From NCBI GenBank assembly GCA_964570825.1, contig CAZMZJ010000006.1, positions 70,202 to 134,201 on the forward strand: a stretch of 64,000 bases of DNA, in the 5' to 3' direction. The translations under genes and the position numbers were made by a program. Source of the DNA: an uncultured Lachnospiraceae bacterium. GTDB taxonomy: Bacteria; Bacillota; Clostridia; Oscillospirales; CAG-272. Shown in pieces: positions 16,754 to 26,347 of this stretch. The notes beneath the pieces were generated by a model. That model was not told the DNA's origin, made no database searches, and was given only the letters and a program-made list of their open reading frames with translations. Positions within the stretch are counted from its first letter, which is position 1; the number at the start of each line of letters is the position of its first letter.

Positions 16754-18409
16754 ATGTCAAATAAACTTCAGAAGCTCGATAAATTCAAGGGAGTCGGCGG
16801 ACCTGTCCTGACAGTTGTCATGGACGGTGTCGGAATCGCTCCCGATTCAATCGGAAACGCTGTAACCGGGGCGTATGCCAAAACGCTTGAGATGCTTATG
16901 CAGAAGTACCCGATGGTAAAGCTCAAGGCCCACGGAACGGCGGTGGGGCTGCCGTCTGACGAGGACATGGGCAACTCCGAGGTCGGGCACAACGCGCTTG
17001 GCGCGGGACAGGTCTTCGCTCAGGGAGCGAAGCTTGTCAGCAATTCGATTGAGTCCGGCAAGATGTTCGCCTCAGCTACATGGCGCGAGCTTGTCTCAAA
17101 TGTAAGGAACAGCGGCGGAACGCTGCATTTTCTCGGACTCTTCTCTGACGGAAACGTTCACTCGCACATCGATCACCTCAAGGCGATGATAGTCGAGGCT
17201 AAGGCTGAGAATGTTCGCCGAGTTAGAATTCATATACTTATTGACGGACGCGACGTCGGAGAAACCTCGGCGCTTGAATATATAGAGCCGTTCGAGGCAT
17301 TCTTGTCCGGGCTGCGCTCGGCTGATTTTGACGTTATGATAGCGTCGGGCGGCGGAAGAATGAAGATTACGATGGACAGGTACGAGGCCGACTGGGGCAT
17401 GGTCGAGCGCGGCTGGCACGCCCATGTGCTGGGCGACGCGCGGCAGTTCGCGTCGGCATCCGAGGCGGTAAAGACGTACCGCGCCGAACTGCACGTGATT
17501 GACCAGGATCTTCCCGCGTTCGTTATCGCGAAGGAAGGAAAGCCGGTCGGCACGATAAACGACGGTGACAGCGTGATTTTCTTCAATTTCCGCGGCGACC
17601 GCTCGATTGAAATTTCAAAGGCATTTGACAGCGCAGAGTTCGACAAGTTCGACAGGGTGCGCTATCCGAAGGTTATGTACGCCGGAATGCTCGAGTACGA
17701 CGGTGACCTGCACATACCGAAGAGGTTTCTTGTCAACCCGCCTGAAATATCAAACACCATGGGTGAGTATCTTGCGAATACAGGCATAAAACAGCTTGCT
17801 ATTTCCGAAACGCAGAAATACGGGCATGTGACATACTTCTGGAACGGAAACAAGTCTGGCAAGTTTTCGGAGGAGCTTGAGACATATATTGAAATTCCAT
17901 CCGACCGCGTACCGTTCGAGCAGCGTCCGTGGATGAAGTGCGCCGAGATAACCGACAAGCTCATCGAGTGCATAGAGTCGGGAAAGTACCGTTATCTGCG
18001 TGTAAACTATCCGAACGGAGACATGGTGGGACACACCGGATCTCTTGAAGCTACCCGCTGCTCTATCGAGGCGCTCGATCTGCAGCTCGGAAGGCTTCTG
18101 GCTGCGGTTGACAAGGCAGGCGGCGTGGCGCTTATCACGGCAGACCACGGCAATGCCGACGAGATGCTCGAACTGGATAAGAAGACAGGCCTTCCTAAGC
18201 TGGACAAGGAAGGGCGCTTCAAGGCAAAGACCAGCCATACTCTCAATCCCGTGCCCTGCATTATCTACGACAATGTGACCTCTGGCGCATATAAAGTTAA
18301 GGAGGACCGGGGGCAGTTCGGACTTTCGAATGTCGCCGCGACTATGGTCAACCTTATGGGGTACAAGGCTCCGGAAATGTGGGACGAGTCTATAATTGAC
18401 GTTAAATAA
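16754..18409 (+). CDS. gpmI: 2,3-bisphosphoglycerate-independent phosphoglycerate mutase (long, plant-like class)
   Basis: The ATG at 16754 follows AAAAGGAG. Motifs include VMDGVGIAP, AHGTAVGLPSDEDMGNSEVGHNALGAGQVF and TADHGNADEM. The product is 551 aa. Confidence 0.9.
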   Translation: MSNKLQKLDKFKGVGGPVLTVVMDGVGIAPDSIGNAVTGAYAKTLEMLMQKYPMVKLKAHGTAVGLPSDEDMGNSEVGHNALGAGQVFAQGAKLVSNSIESGKMFASATWRELVSNVRNSGGTLHFLGLFSDGNVHSHIDHLKAMIVEAKAENVRRVRIHILIDGRDVGETSALEYIEPFEAFLSGLRSADFDVMIASGGGRMKITMDRYEADWGMVERGWHAHVLGDARQFASASEAVKTYRAELHVIDQDLPAFVIAKEGKPVGTINDGDSVIFFNFRGDRSIEISKAFDSAEFDKFDRVRYPKVMYAGMLEYDGDLHIPKRFLVNPPEISNTMGEYLANTGIKQLAISETQKYGHVTYFWNGNKSGKFSEELETYIEIPSDRVPFEQRPWMKCAEITDKLIECIESGKYRYLRVNYPNGDMVGHTGSLEATRCSIEALDLQLGRLLAAVDKAGGVALITADHGNADEMLELDKKTGLPKLDKEGRFKAKTSHTLNPVPCIIYDNVTSGAYKVKEDRGQFGLSNVAATMVNLMGYKAPEMWDESIIDVK

Positions 18410-18422
18410 TTTATATAAGAAC

Positions 18423-18453
18423 AAAAGGCGGCTCTTGGCGGAGCCGCCTTTTG
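18423..18453 (+). terminator. rho-independent terminator after gpmI
   Basis: aaggcggctc-ttggcg-gagccgcctt followed by TTTGA. Confidence 0.6.
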
Positions 18454-18565
18454 AATTATATCCTGATGATTGCCGAATAACTGGATTCCGTGTGTTGACA
18501 CCGCCGATAATAAATGGTAAAATACTATACGGGTAAAGGCCGCATTGCGGCATGGAGGTTGAAAA

Positions 18566-20374
18566 ATGAGAAAAAAGCACTTTATTGCACTATTGCTTGT
18601 TCTGGTTATGCTCGCCGCATCATCCTGTAACGGCAGCGGGGAAGGCGTCGGAAGCAACACTGATACCTCAGCTTTATCGTCCGGCGTGACGGAAGACACA
18701 ACTGTGGCCGAAGCGGTGCGTTTGATTGAGAACGGCGGAAGCCGCTTTGTTGTGACAAGACCCGACAATTCGGGAGAATTAGTGATTGAGGCGATGAAAA
18801 CAGTAATCAACGGTATAAACGATAAAACCGGCGTCAGCCTGTCGCCGAAGACAGACTGGCTCAACAGCTCCGCCGGAGAAACGGCTCCGGAATATGAAAT
18901 TCTGATCGGCGCAACAAACCGTCCCGAGACCGCGGAGGTGACTGCAAAAATCAATGGAGAATTCGACTATCGCATCGAGGTTGTGGGAAAAAAGCTTGTT
19001 ATTGCGGGCGGGAGCGATCTGGCCACGCTGCGTGCGGCCGAATATTTTATAAATAATTTATTTTCGAATGATTTTGCTGTAACTTCCGGAGTTCTTTATG
19101 CCGGGCAGTGCTCGGAAGAAGACAGGATAGTACTGCTTGACGGCGAGGTTTCCCGGAAGGTAACAGAGCTGTATTCCGGAGTTACAAGCACGCACTATGT
19201 GCTTTCGGCTGACAGCAAATACGGACAGCAGGATTTCACAGTGGTTGAGTTCAATCCCAAGCAGGCTGATCTGTATTTTGATGTGGTGATGGGCGGTACA
19301 TACGCGACGACACTGAAAACGGTAAAAGCCACGGTCGAAGGCTTTGCAAATAGCAACGGCGCAGGAAAGACTCCGATTGCCGCGATAAACGGCGACCTGT
19401 GGATGGTTTCATACGCCCACGCGCGTGTTCTCGGCAGTACAACCACATATAAGAACTACAGCGATCCGGTTGTTACGAAGGCTCTGACCGTGCCGCGCGG
19501 CTTCAATATGTACAACGGTGAAATAATAACATCAGCACATATGACGCAGGAGACTCCGTACGAAGGCACTTTTTATGCTTTCGGAATCACCGAGGACGGT
19601 GTGCCGGCTCTCGGCAATCCGCAGGTGGGAATCAGCATAAAGGACGTGACTCAGAACACGACCACGACGGCGGACGGGCTTAACCGTCTGCCCGCTAACA
19701 ACGCGCTGGTTATGTACTCCGACAAGCTGTCAAACAATTATTCTCTTGACGAGGCATACGAGGTAATTATAGACTGCTCGTATGATTATGTGGTATGCCA
19801 CGGGGCCGTGATAACTGGAACGGTGACGGCTGTGACAAAGCCTGGCGAGGCAAAGCAGGCATTTACAGCGAACCGAATTGTCTTGACGGCACGCGGAAAC
19901 AGGATTGATAGAATTAGCGGGATAAAGGTGGGCGATATAATCGAAATATCGATTACTGTAACCGACAAAATGGGCAACAGCGCCATCTGGCAGAAGATGA
20001 AGAACGCCGTGGGCGGCCATATACCGGCGGTTATCAAGGGCATATCGCAAAATTCGTCCGACTCGACGCAGTATCCCATGAGCGTGATCGGCATCAAGAG
20101 AAACGGGAATGTCGTGATGCTGACGAATGATGGCCGTCAGTCGGGCTACAGTATTGGCATAAAAATCAGCCAGCTTGACGAGCTCTGCGCCGACCTTGAT
20201 ATCGTAACCTGCCTTCTGCTTGACGGAGGCGGCAGCGCTTCTATGGTGCAGCTGCTTGGCGGAACCTATACGCTTGTCAATCGTCCGAGCGACAAGTTTG
20301 CCGACGGAACCTATGGCAGCCCGCGCAGCGTTGTGAATACGGTGATACTCTCATACGGGCCAAAGCGGAGCTGA
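18566..20374 (+). CDS. lipoprotein with a C-terminal phosphodiester glycosidase (NAGPA/DUF2233-like) domain
   Basis: The signal/lipobox is MRKKHFIALLLVLVMLAASSCNG. The C-terminal motif LLLDGGGSASMV is typical of phosphodiester glycosidases. The N-terminal module (EILIGATNRPET...GKKLVIAGGSDLATLRAAEYFINNLF) is homologous to the 5325-7997 protein. Confidence 0.65.
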   Translation: MRKKHFIALLLVLVMLAASSCNGSGEGVGSNTDTSALSSGVTEDTTVAEAVRLIENGGSRFVVTRPDNSGELVIEAMKTVINGINDKTGVSLSPKTDWLNSSAGETAPEYEILIGATNRPETAEVTAKINGEFDYRIEVVGKKLVIAGGSDLATLRAAEYFINNLFSNDFAVTSGVLYAGQCSEEDRIVLLDGEVSRKVTELYSGVTSTHYVLSADSKYGQQDFTVVEFNPKQADLYFDVVMGGTYATTLKTVKATVEGFANSNGAGKTPIAAINGDLWMVSYAHARVLGSTTTYKNYSDPVVTKALTVPRGFNMYNGEIITSAHMTQETPYEGTFYAFGITEDGVPALGNPQVGISIKDVTQNTTTTADGLNRLPANNALVMYSDKLSNNYSLDEAYEVIIDCSYDYVVCHGAVITGTVTAVTKPGEAKQAFTANRIVLTARGNRIDRISGIKVGDIIEISITVTDKMGNSAIWQKMKNAVGGHIPAVIKGISQNSSDSTQYPMSVIGIKRNGNVVMLTNDGRQSGYSIGIKISQLDELCADLDIVTCLLLDGGGSASMVQLLGGTYTLVNRPSDKFADGTYGSPRSVVNTVILSYGPKRS

Positions 20375-20397
20375 TAGACGTATTGCGGAGGGACAGA

Positions 20398-20649
20398 ATG
20401 CGTACAAAGTGGATAATCGAAACCAGTGACGGGGAACATACTGTCGAATACAGAAGGTCGTTGTTTGGAATTGTCAGCGTGACCATCGACAATGACAGCT
20501 TCAGGCTGGGGTTTGTCAGCCTGTTTGCCCGGAGAAGCGAGCCGTTCAGAGTCGGAGACGAGCAATGCGTGCTGACGATAAAACGCGGGGGTAAGGCTGA
20601 GATATCAGCCTCCGCCTGCGAAGTTAAGAAGGTAGGCGCCGGTACATAA
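20398..20649 (+). CDS. small hypothetical protein (83 aa)
   Basis: The ATG at 20398 follows GGAGGG, 24 nt downstream of the preceding stop. A terminator follows the ORF. No family was recognised. Confidence 0.4.
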   Translation: MRTKWIIETSDGEHTVEYRRSLFGIVSVTIDNDSFRLGFVSLFARRSEPFRVGDEQCVLTIKRGGKAEISASACEVKKVGAGT

Positions 20650-20654
20650 AAGCG

Positions 20655-20679
20655 CGCCCTGCCGCAAAACGGCAGGGCG
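20655..20679 (+). terminator. terminator hairpin after the small ORF
   Basis: cgccctgccg-caaaa-cggcagggcg. Confidence 0.55.
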
Positions 20680-20699
20680 GTAATCGGCGGATTAAAAGT

Positions 20700-20729
20700 C
20701 CGGCGGAACATTTTATAAAGTTCCGCCGG
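20700..20729 (-). terminator. terminator hairpin after gap
   Basis: ccggcggaac-attttataaa-gttccgccgg, followed on the minus strand by a T-rich sequence. Confidence 0.5.
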
Positions 20730-20740
20730 GCATATTTTTA

Positions 20741-21757
20741 TTACTTAAGTTCTGCGAAGTACTTTATTGTGCGGACCATCTGGCTGGTGTAGCTGTTCTC
20801 GTTGTCATACCAAGCAACGACCTGTACCTGATAGGTGTTGTCGTCGATCTTTGTGACCATTGTCTGTGTTGCATCGAACAGCGAGCCGTATGTGATGCCG
20901 ATAATATCGCTGGAAACGAGTTCCTCCTCGGTATATCCGAAAGACTCGGAGGAAGCAGCCTTCATTGCGGCGTTGATGCCTTCAGCTGTGATATCCTTGC
21001 CCTTTACGACAGCGACGAGGATTGTTGTGGAACCTGTGCGAACCGGAACTCTCTGAGCAGAACCGATGAGCTTCTTGTTCAGTTCAGGGATAACAAGGCC
21101 GATAGCCTTAGCGGCGCCGGTGCTGTTCGGCACGATGTTCTCTGCTGCGGCGCGTGCGCGGCGGAGGTCGCCTTTTCTGTGCGGTCCGTCAAGAACCATC
21201 TGGTCGCCCGTGTAGGCATGAACGGTGGTCATGATGCCGCTGACGATCGGAGCGTAGTTGTTGAGCGCCTTAGCCATGGGAGCAAGGCAGTTTGTGGTGC
21301 AGGAAGCGGCGGAAATAATCTGGTCGTCCTTTGTAAGTGTCTTCTCGTTGACGCTGTAGACGATGGTCTTGAGGTCGTTTCCGGCGGGAGCGGAAATGAC
21401 AACCTTTTTGGCGCCGGCTGTGATATGAGCCATAGCGGCATCCTTCGAGGTATAGAAGCCTGTGCACTCGAGCACGACGTCAACGTTAAGAGCGCCCCAC
21501 GGGCAATCCTTTGCGTCCTTTATAGCGAAGATTTTGATTGTTTTGCCGTCGACAGTGATGCTGTCTGCGCCTGCGCTGACCTTGTCCGCGAGAGCGTATC
21601 TGCCCTGTGCGGAGTCATACTTAAGAAGATGAGCGAGCATGGCGGGGCTTGTGAGGTCGTTAATTGCGACTATCTCATAGCCGGGAGCGCTGAACATCTG
21701 TCTGAAAGCAAGGCGGCCGATGCGGCCGAACCCGTTGATTGCAACTTTTACTGACAT
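20741..21757 (-). CDS. gap: type I glyceraldehyde-3-phosphate dehydrogenase
   Basis: The product begins [20 protein letters not shown] and carries the active site [12 protein letters not shown]. It is 338 aa. Confidence 0.95.
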   Translation of the reverse strand: MSVKVAINGFGRIGRLAFRQMFSAPGYEIVAINDLTSPAMLAHLLKYDSAQGRYALADKVSAGADSITVDGKTIKIFAIKDAKDCPWGALNVDVVLECTGFYTSKDAAMAHITAGAKKVVISAPAGNDLKTIVYSVNEKTLTKDDQIISAASCTTNCLAPMAKALNNYAPIVSGIMTTVHAYTGDQMVLDGPHRKGDLRRARAAAENIVPNSTGAAKAIGLVIPELNKKLIGSAQRVPVRTGSTTILVAVVKGKDITAEGINAAMKAASSESFGYTEEELVSSDIIGITYGSLFDATQTMVTKIDDNTYQVQVVAWYDNENSYTSQMVRTIKYFAELK

Positions 21758-21983
21758 TTGGGAATCCTCCGTTTATATAATATTTGATTTTCTTTTTGTT
21801 TTTGCGTCTGGGAATACTTCCCACAGCCCACACAGATATATTTTATCGCAAAATCGACAAATATACAAGTCATTTGCGGAAAAATTATCAAATTTGGAAG
21901 TTTGCAGATTTCATAAAGCGAAATAAGAAATTTTGTGTGCAATATCACAATAGAATCGCAAAAAATCCGGGTGTCTTTCGGGA

Positions 21984-22802
21984 TTAGACGTCTGAGGGAG
22001 GGAAATCCGAGGGGGAGACGCGAGGAGAGCGTTTCAGACGGCGCTTCTCGCGCAGGGTGAGGAGCACAAAGGCGGGGAGCGCGGCGGACCGCTTAAGGCG
22101 CGAAGGATTCCGGGCGATTCTCCAGAACCATTCAAGGCCCGCGGCTCTGAGGAGCGAGGGAGCGCGGCGGACATTTCCGGACCAGACGTCGATGGAGCCG
22201 CCGAGTGCCATGATGACTTTAACGCCGGCAAGGCTTGAACGGCTTGCGGCAGTCCATTCTTCCTGGCGGGGGAACCCGAGGCAGACGATGAGAAGGTCGG
22301 GAGAAGCGGTGTTTATATCGTTGAGTATTGAGGCATTTTCCTCACCGGTCAGGCTGAAATAACCATGTCTTGCGCCGCAGATGACAAGTCCGGGGAAACG
22401 CGAGGCGAGGCGTGACGAAGCTTTTTCAGCGACACCTGGCTTTCCGCCCAGCAGGAATACACGTATGCCGTCAGGTCGGCACATTTCGAAAACAGTCTCG
22501 GCAAGCTCGATGCCGGGTACGCGGCAGGGAAGCGGGGAGCCGAGTTTTTTGGAAGCCCAGAAAGCGCCGATGCCATCGGGGACATTGAGGCTGCCGGAAT
22601 TTATCAGGGAACAGAGACGGATGTCCTTTGAACAGCGGTAAATAATCTCGGCGTTTGGCGTGAACACCGTGTAAGGCGTGCGTGGCGTGCCGTTTTGCCG
22701 GAGCAGTCCGGCGATGTGCAGAGCGGCGCCGGATAAATCGACCCGGTCAAGCCGGACGCCGTGAATACTGACAATATTGAAAGCCTCGTTTGATTTTTCC
22801 AT
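21984..22802 (-). CDS. WecB/TagA/CpsF-family glycosyltransferase
   Basis: Motifs FTPNAEII, LNVPDGIGAFWASKKLG, VFLLGGKPGVAEKA and LGFPRQEEW. Confidence 0.8.
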   Translation of the reverse strand: MEKSNEAFNIVSIHGVRLDRVDLSGAALHIAGLLRQNGTPRTPYTVFTPNAEIIYRCSKDIRLCSLINSGSLNVPDGIGAFWASKKLGSPLPCRVPGIELAETVFEMCRPDGIRVFLLGGKPGVAEKASSRLASRFPGLVICGARHGYFSLTGEENASILNDINTASPDLLIVCLGFPRQEEWTAASRSSLAGVKVIMALGGSIDVWSGNVRRAPSLLRAAGLEWFWRIARNPSRLKRSAALPAFVLLTLREKRRLKRSPRVSPSDFPPSDV

Positions 22803-22857
22803 GCCGCCTTTACCTCCGGATTATGATAACGCATCTCTCCAATTATTTACTTTTTGC

Positions 22858-22886
22858 TTGACAATAATACTGTGTTGGGATATAAT
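22858..22886 (+). promoter_or_regulatory. consensus sigma-A promoter of proS
   Basis: TTGACA (22858-22863), an exact 17-nt spacer, then TATAAT (22881-22886). Confidence 0.6.
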
Positions 22887-22937
22887 AATCATTAAAATAA
22901 TTAGAACTGATGAGCTGCAATTGAAAGGAATCGCAAA

Positions 22938-24377
22938 ATGTCACAGGATAAGAAACTGGTCGAGCAGATAACCCCGATGGATGCTGACTTTGCCCAGTGG
23001 TATACGGATATTGTAAAAAAGGCTGAAATGGCGGACTATTCTGGAGTCAAAGGCTGCATGATAATCCGGCCTTACGGCTATGCCGTATGGGAGAATATTC
23101 AGCGCGACCTCGACCAAAGGTTCAAACGGCTCGGACATGAGAACGTATATATGCCGATGTTCATTCCCGAAAGCCTGCTGCAGAAGGAGAAGGACCATGT
23201 GGAAGGATTCGCGCCCGAGTGCGCTTGGGTGACAATCGGAGGGCAGAACCAGCTTGCGGAGCGGCTCTGCATCAGACCGACGTCCGAAACTCTTTTCTGC
23301 GAGCATTTTAAGGATATAATCCACTCATACCGCGACCTGCCTAAGCTTTACAATCAGTGGTGTTCAGTCGTGCGCTGGGAGAAAACCACGCGTCCTTTCC
23401 TGCGCACATCGGAATTTCTCTGGCAGGAGGGACACACGATGCACGAAACCGAGGCCGAGGCGCGCAGTGAAACAATTAGGATGCTCAAGTGCTACGAGGA
23501 TTTCTACCGCGAAACACTTGCGATACCTGTTGTGACCGGACGCAAGACCGAGAAGGAGAAATTTGCCGGGGCGATGGAAACATACACCGTTGAGCCGATG
23601 ATGCACAACGGCGTGGCGCTTCAGGGCGGCACCTCGCACTATTTCGGAGACGGATTTGCTCGTGCGTTTGAAATAACCTATACCGACCGCGAGAACCGGA
23701 TTAAGTACCCGCATCAGACCTCATGGGGAGTATCGACCAGGATGATCGGCGCAATTATTATGACGCACGGCGACGACTCCGGGCTTATCCTGCCTCCGGG
23801 AGTGGCTCCGGTTCAGGTTGTCATAATACCTGTCGCTCAGCACAAGCCGGGCGTGCTTGAGGCGGCGGCGAAGCTGCGCGACACCCTTGCGGAGAAATAC
23901 CGTGTCAGACTTGATGACAGCGACAACTCGACGGGCTGGAAATTCAGCCAGTATGAGATGAAAGGCGTTCCGCTGCGTCTTGAGCTGGGTCCGCGCGACA
24001 TAGAGAACAATTCTTGCGTTCTTGTCAGCCGCGTGACAAGGGAAAAGACGGTTGTATCGCTTGACAATATCATAAGCGAGATCGGCAAATCTCTTGCCAA
24101 GGTTCACGACGAGCTGTACGCTCGGGCGGAGCAGAACCTTAAAAACAAAACCTTTGACGCGCACTCATATGACGAGTTTCTCGACATCGCCGCGAACCAT
24201 CCGGGCTTTATCCGCGCCATGTGGTGCGGCGATTCGGAGTGCGAGGACAAACTGAAGGATGTTACCGGCGGAGTGAAATCGCGCTGCATACCTTTCCATG
24301 AAGATCACCTTGCCGACACCTGCGTATGCTGCGGTAAGCCGGCAAAGCACATGGTCATCTGGGGCAGACAGTATTAA
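22938..24377 (+). CDS. proS: proline--tRNA ligase (archaeal/eukaryote-like short form)
   Basis: The product begins [38 protein letters not shown]. It has class II motifs, a C-terminal Zn-like CGDSECEDK...CVCCGK, and is 479 aa with no INS editing domain. Confidence 0.9.
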   Translation: MSQDKKLVEQITPMDADFAQWYTDIVKKAEMADYSGVKGCMIIRPYGYAVWENIQRDLDQRFKRLGHENVYMPMFIPESLLQKEKDHVEGFAPECAWVTIGGQNQLAERLCIRPTSETLFCEHFKDIIHSYRDLPKLYNQWCSVVRWEKTTRPFLRTSEFLWQEGHTMHETEAEARSETIRMLKCYEDFYRETLAIPVVTGRKTEKEKFAGAMETYTVEPMMHNGVALQGGTSHYFGDGFARAFEITYTDRENRIKYPHQTSWGVSTRMIGAIIMTHGDDSGLILPPGVAPVQVVIIPVAQHKPGVLEAAAKLRDTLAEKYRVRLDDSDNSTGWKFSQYEMKGVPLRLELGPRDIENNSCVLVSRVTREKTVVSLDNIISEIGKSLAKVHDELYARAEQNLKNKTFDAHSYDEFLDIAANHPGFIRAMWCGDSECEDKLKDVTGGVKSRCIPFHEDHLADTCVCCGKPAKHMVIWGRQY

Positions 24378-24396
24378 GCAGTATTAAGAATAAAAT

Positions 24397-24428
24397 AAAG
24401 GCTGTTGAATTATTAACAGCCTTTTATT
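24397..24428 (+). terminator. rho-independent terminator after proS
   Basis: aaaggctgtt-gaattatt-aacagccttt followed by TATT. Confidence 0.6.
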
Positions 24429-24531
24429 AAAAGCTTTATTTTTGATTTTCATTCGCGAGGCGCTTATCTTAAAAGCGCCGTATTCCCAAATCCGGGGGCG
24501 GGGCCCCTGTTATTATCTCACGGAGGGCGGG

Positions 24532-25665
24532 ATGAGGAAGTTCAGGGATATTGCCGGAGAATTTTTTGCGACGTTAAAGCTGATGGATTTCTGGCTGCTC
24601 GGCGCGACTGCCGCGCTCTCGCTTGCAAGCATTGTCACTCTTGCGGGAGGGTATTCCGTATTCGGGCTTAAGCGGATACTGATGCAGCTCGGCGCCACGC
24701 TTGCCGGTTTTGTGTTCATGTTTCTAATTGCGGCGCTTGATTACCGGACGCTTTCCGAGAAACTCGGACTGATACTGTACGGCGGCGCGGTTCTGCTGCT
24801 TGCCGTCACCCTTGTTTTCGGGACAAACGAGGGCGAGAACCGCAGCTGGCTTTACATACCCGGAGTTCCGTTCGGGATACAGCCGTCTGAATTTGTCAAA
24901 GCGGTGTTTTTCCTGACTTTTTCATTTCATCTTTTCAAGGTAAAAAAACGGATAAACAGGCCGAAGACATTATTCTGGCTGCTTGTTCATGCCGGTATCC
25001 CGGTCGGACTCATACTGCTTTCCGGAGATCTCGGCGTTGCGCTTGTGTATGCTGGCATAATTGCCGTCATGCTGTTTTATGCGGGGCTTAGCCTCTGGTA
25101 TTTTCTCGGCGCAGCCGTGGCGGGCGTTGCGGCATGGCCGCTTGTCTGGCATTTTCTGCGAGAGGACCAGAGAATCAGAATTCTCGTCGGTTTCAACCCG
25201 GACCTTGACCCCGAGGGCAAGGGATTCCAGCCGATCTTGTCACGTTCGGCTGTTGCGAACGGAGGATTTTTCGGGCAGGGGATTTTTGAGGGAAGCGTGT
25301 TCAAAAAACTGCCGGCGGCGCACACGGACTTTATGTTCGGAACATACTGTGAAAAATTCGGGTTTATCGGGGCGGTTGTACTGATAGGGCTGCTTGTGTT
25401 TATCGTAGTCCGGGTGGTGAAGCTTTCAAGGCTGACCCGTGGGGACTGCGGCACCTTCATATGCGTAGGATTTGCAGGCATGATAATTGTGCAGTCCATT
25501 GAAAACATCGGCATGTGTCTTGGTATGCTGCCAGTCATAGGCATTACGCTGCCGTATATGAGCTACGGCGGGTCGTCGGTGCTTGCCATCTATATAATCA
25601 CCGGAATAGTACAGAGCGTGGCGGTGCACAGGAACCGGCTTCATATTGATCTTGAAAATTACTGA
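24532..25665 (+). CDS. FtsW/RodA/SpoVE-family SEDS peptidoglycan polymerase
   Basis: The ATG at 24532 follows GGAGGG. The product is a ~10-TM protein with the motifs QPSEFVK and PYMSYGGSS. Confidence 0.85.
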   Translation: MRKFRDIAGEFFATLKLMDFWLLGATAALSLASIVTLAGGYSVFGLKRILMQLGATLAGFVFMFLIAALDYRTLSEKLGLILYGGAVLLLAVTLVFGTNEGENRSWLYIPGVPFGIQPSEFVKAVFFLTFSFHLFKVKKRINRPKTLFWLLVHAGIPVGLILLSGDLGVALVYAGIIAVMLFYAGLSLWYFLGAAVAGVAAWPLVWHFLREDQRIRILVGFNPDLDPEGKGFQPILSRSAVANGGFFGQGIFEGSVFKKLPAAHTDFMFGTYCEKFGFIGAVVLIGLLVFIVVRVVKLSRLTRGDCGTFICVGFAGMIIVQSIENIGMCLGMLPVIGITLPYMSYGGSSVLAIYIITGIVQSVAVHRNRLHIDLENY

Positions 25666-25756
25666 AAGCAAAATTCAAAAGCGGAATATTTGTCCTCACC
25701 GCACAATATAATTGCAACAGGAAAGTCGCAATTATCTGTGCGGGAGGATTTTACAT

Positions 25757-26254
25757 ATGTTCATTTATTCGGTGCGAGCCTCGACACTTAGATTTTTCGG
25801 GGTGCTCTGCGTCGCACTGGTGACGCTGATAACACTTTTGACATTCGTTCCTGCGATTGACGGCGGCGCTGCAAATACTTCTGCCGGTGTGGCGTCATCA
25901 GGCTCTAAGTCAATCAGATACGATAAAATCAAGAGCGCCGCCGACGCGGCAGAGTTTCTCAGCCAGTTTGGCTGGGAGGTAAACGCGACGCCGGTTGAGG
26001 AGACCGACGTGACCATACCTTCCGAGTTCGACCGTATTTTCACGAGCTACAACGAGATACAGAAGCAGCAGGGGCTTGACTTGTCGAAATACAAGCATAA
26101 GACTGTCACCCGCTATACCTTCGAGCTGACCAACTATGACGATTACAACGGAAAGGTTTACGCCAATGTCTTGGTTTACAGAAACAGGGTCATAGGCGGT
26201 GATATATGTTCCGCTGACATGACGGGGTTCATGCACGGATTTGACATAAACTGA
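25757..26254 (+). CDS. DUF4830-like membrane-anchored protein (from memory)
   Basis: The ATG at 25757 follows GGGAGG. An N-terminal TM helix is followed by FLSQFGWEV...IPSEFDRIFTSYNEIQKQQGLDLSKYKHKTVTRYTF...IGGDI. Confidence 0.5.
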   Translation: MFIYSVRASTLRFFGVLCVALVTLITLLTFVPAIDGGAANTSAGVASSGSKSIRYDKIKSAADAAEFLSQFGWEVNATPVEETDVTIPSEFDRIFTSYNEIQKQQGLDLSKYKHKTVTRYTFELTNYDDYNGKVYANVLVYRNRVIGGDICSADMTGFMHGFDIN

Positions 26255-26257
26255 AAA

Positions 26258-26291
26258 GAAAAACGGCTTCCGTCGCGGAGGCCGTTTTTGT
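26258..26291. terminator. bidirectional terminator
   Basis: aaaacggcttccg-tcg-cggaggccgtttt, with T-runs on both strands. Confidence 0.6.
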
Positions 26292-26347
26292 GATGCGGTT
26301 ATGAATTTTTCAGTGGGTAAAGGAAACGGGAGTCAATCCGTATTATT

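Noticed and set aside
21179-21754. 191-aa plus-strand ORF, with other long ORFs nested antisense in gap, eno, recN, xseA, pyr genes and others
   Set aside because: These lie entirely inside well-supported conserved genes on the other strand. Long antisense ORFs are expected at this GC content. No start signals or recognisable motifs are present.
22803-22937. Possible T-box leader upstream of proS (also considered for argS at 34068-34129)
   Set aside because: With the promoter at 22858-22886, only about 45 nt of leader remains, far too short for a T-box. No specifier or T-box sequence was seen. argS is directly preceded by ybaK in the same operon.
24369-24388. Perfect 10-nt tandem duplication cagtattaag x2 spanning the proS stop codon
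   Set aside because: This is a trivial local duplication. Both copies supply the same Q-Y-stop reading and have no evident functional consequence.
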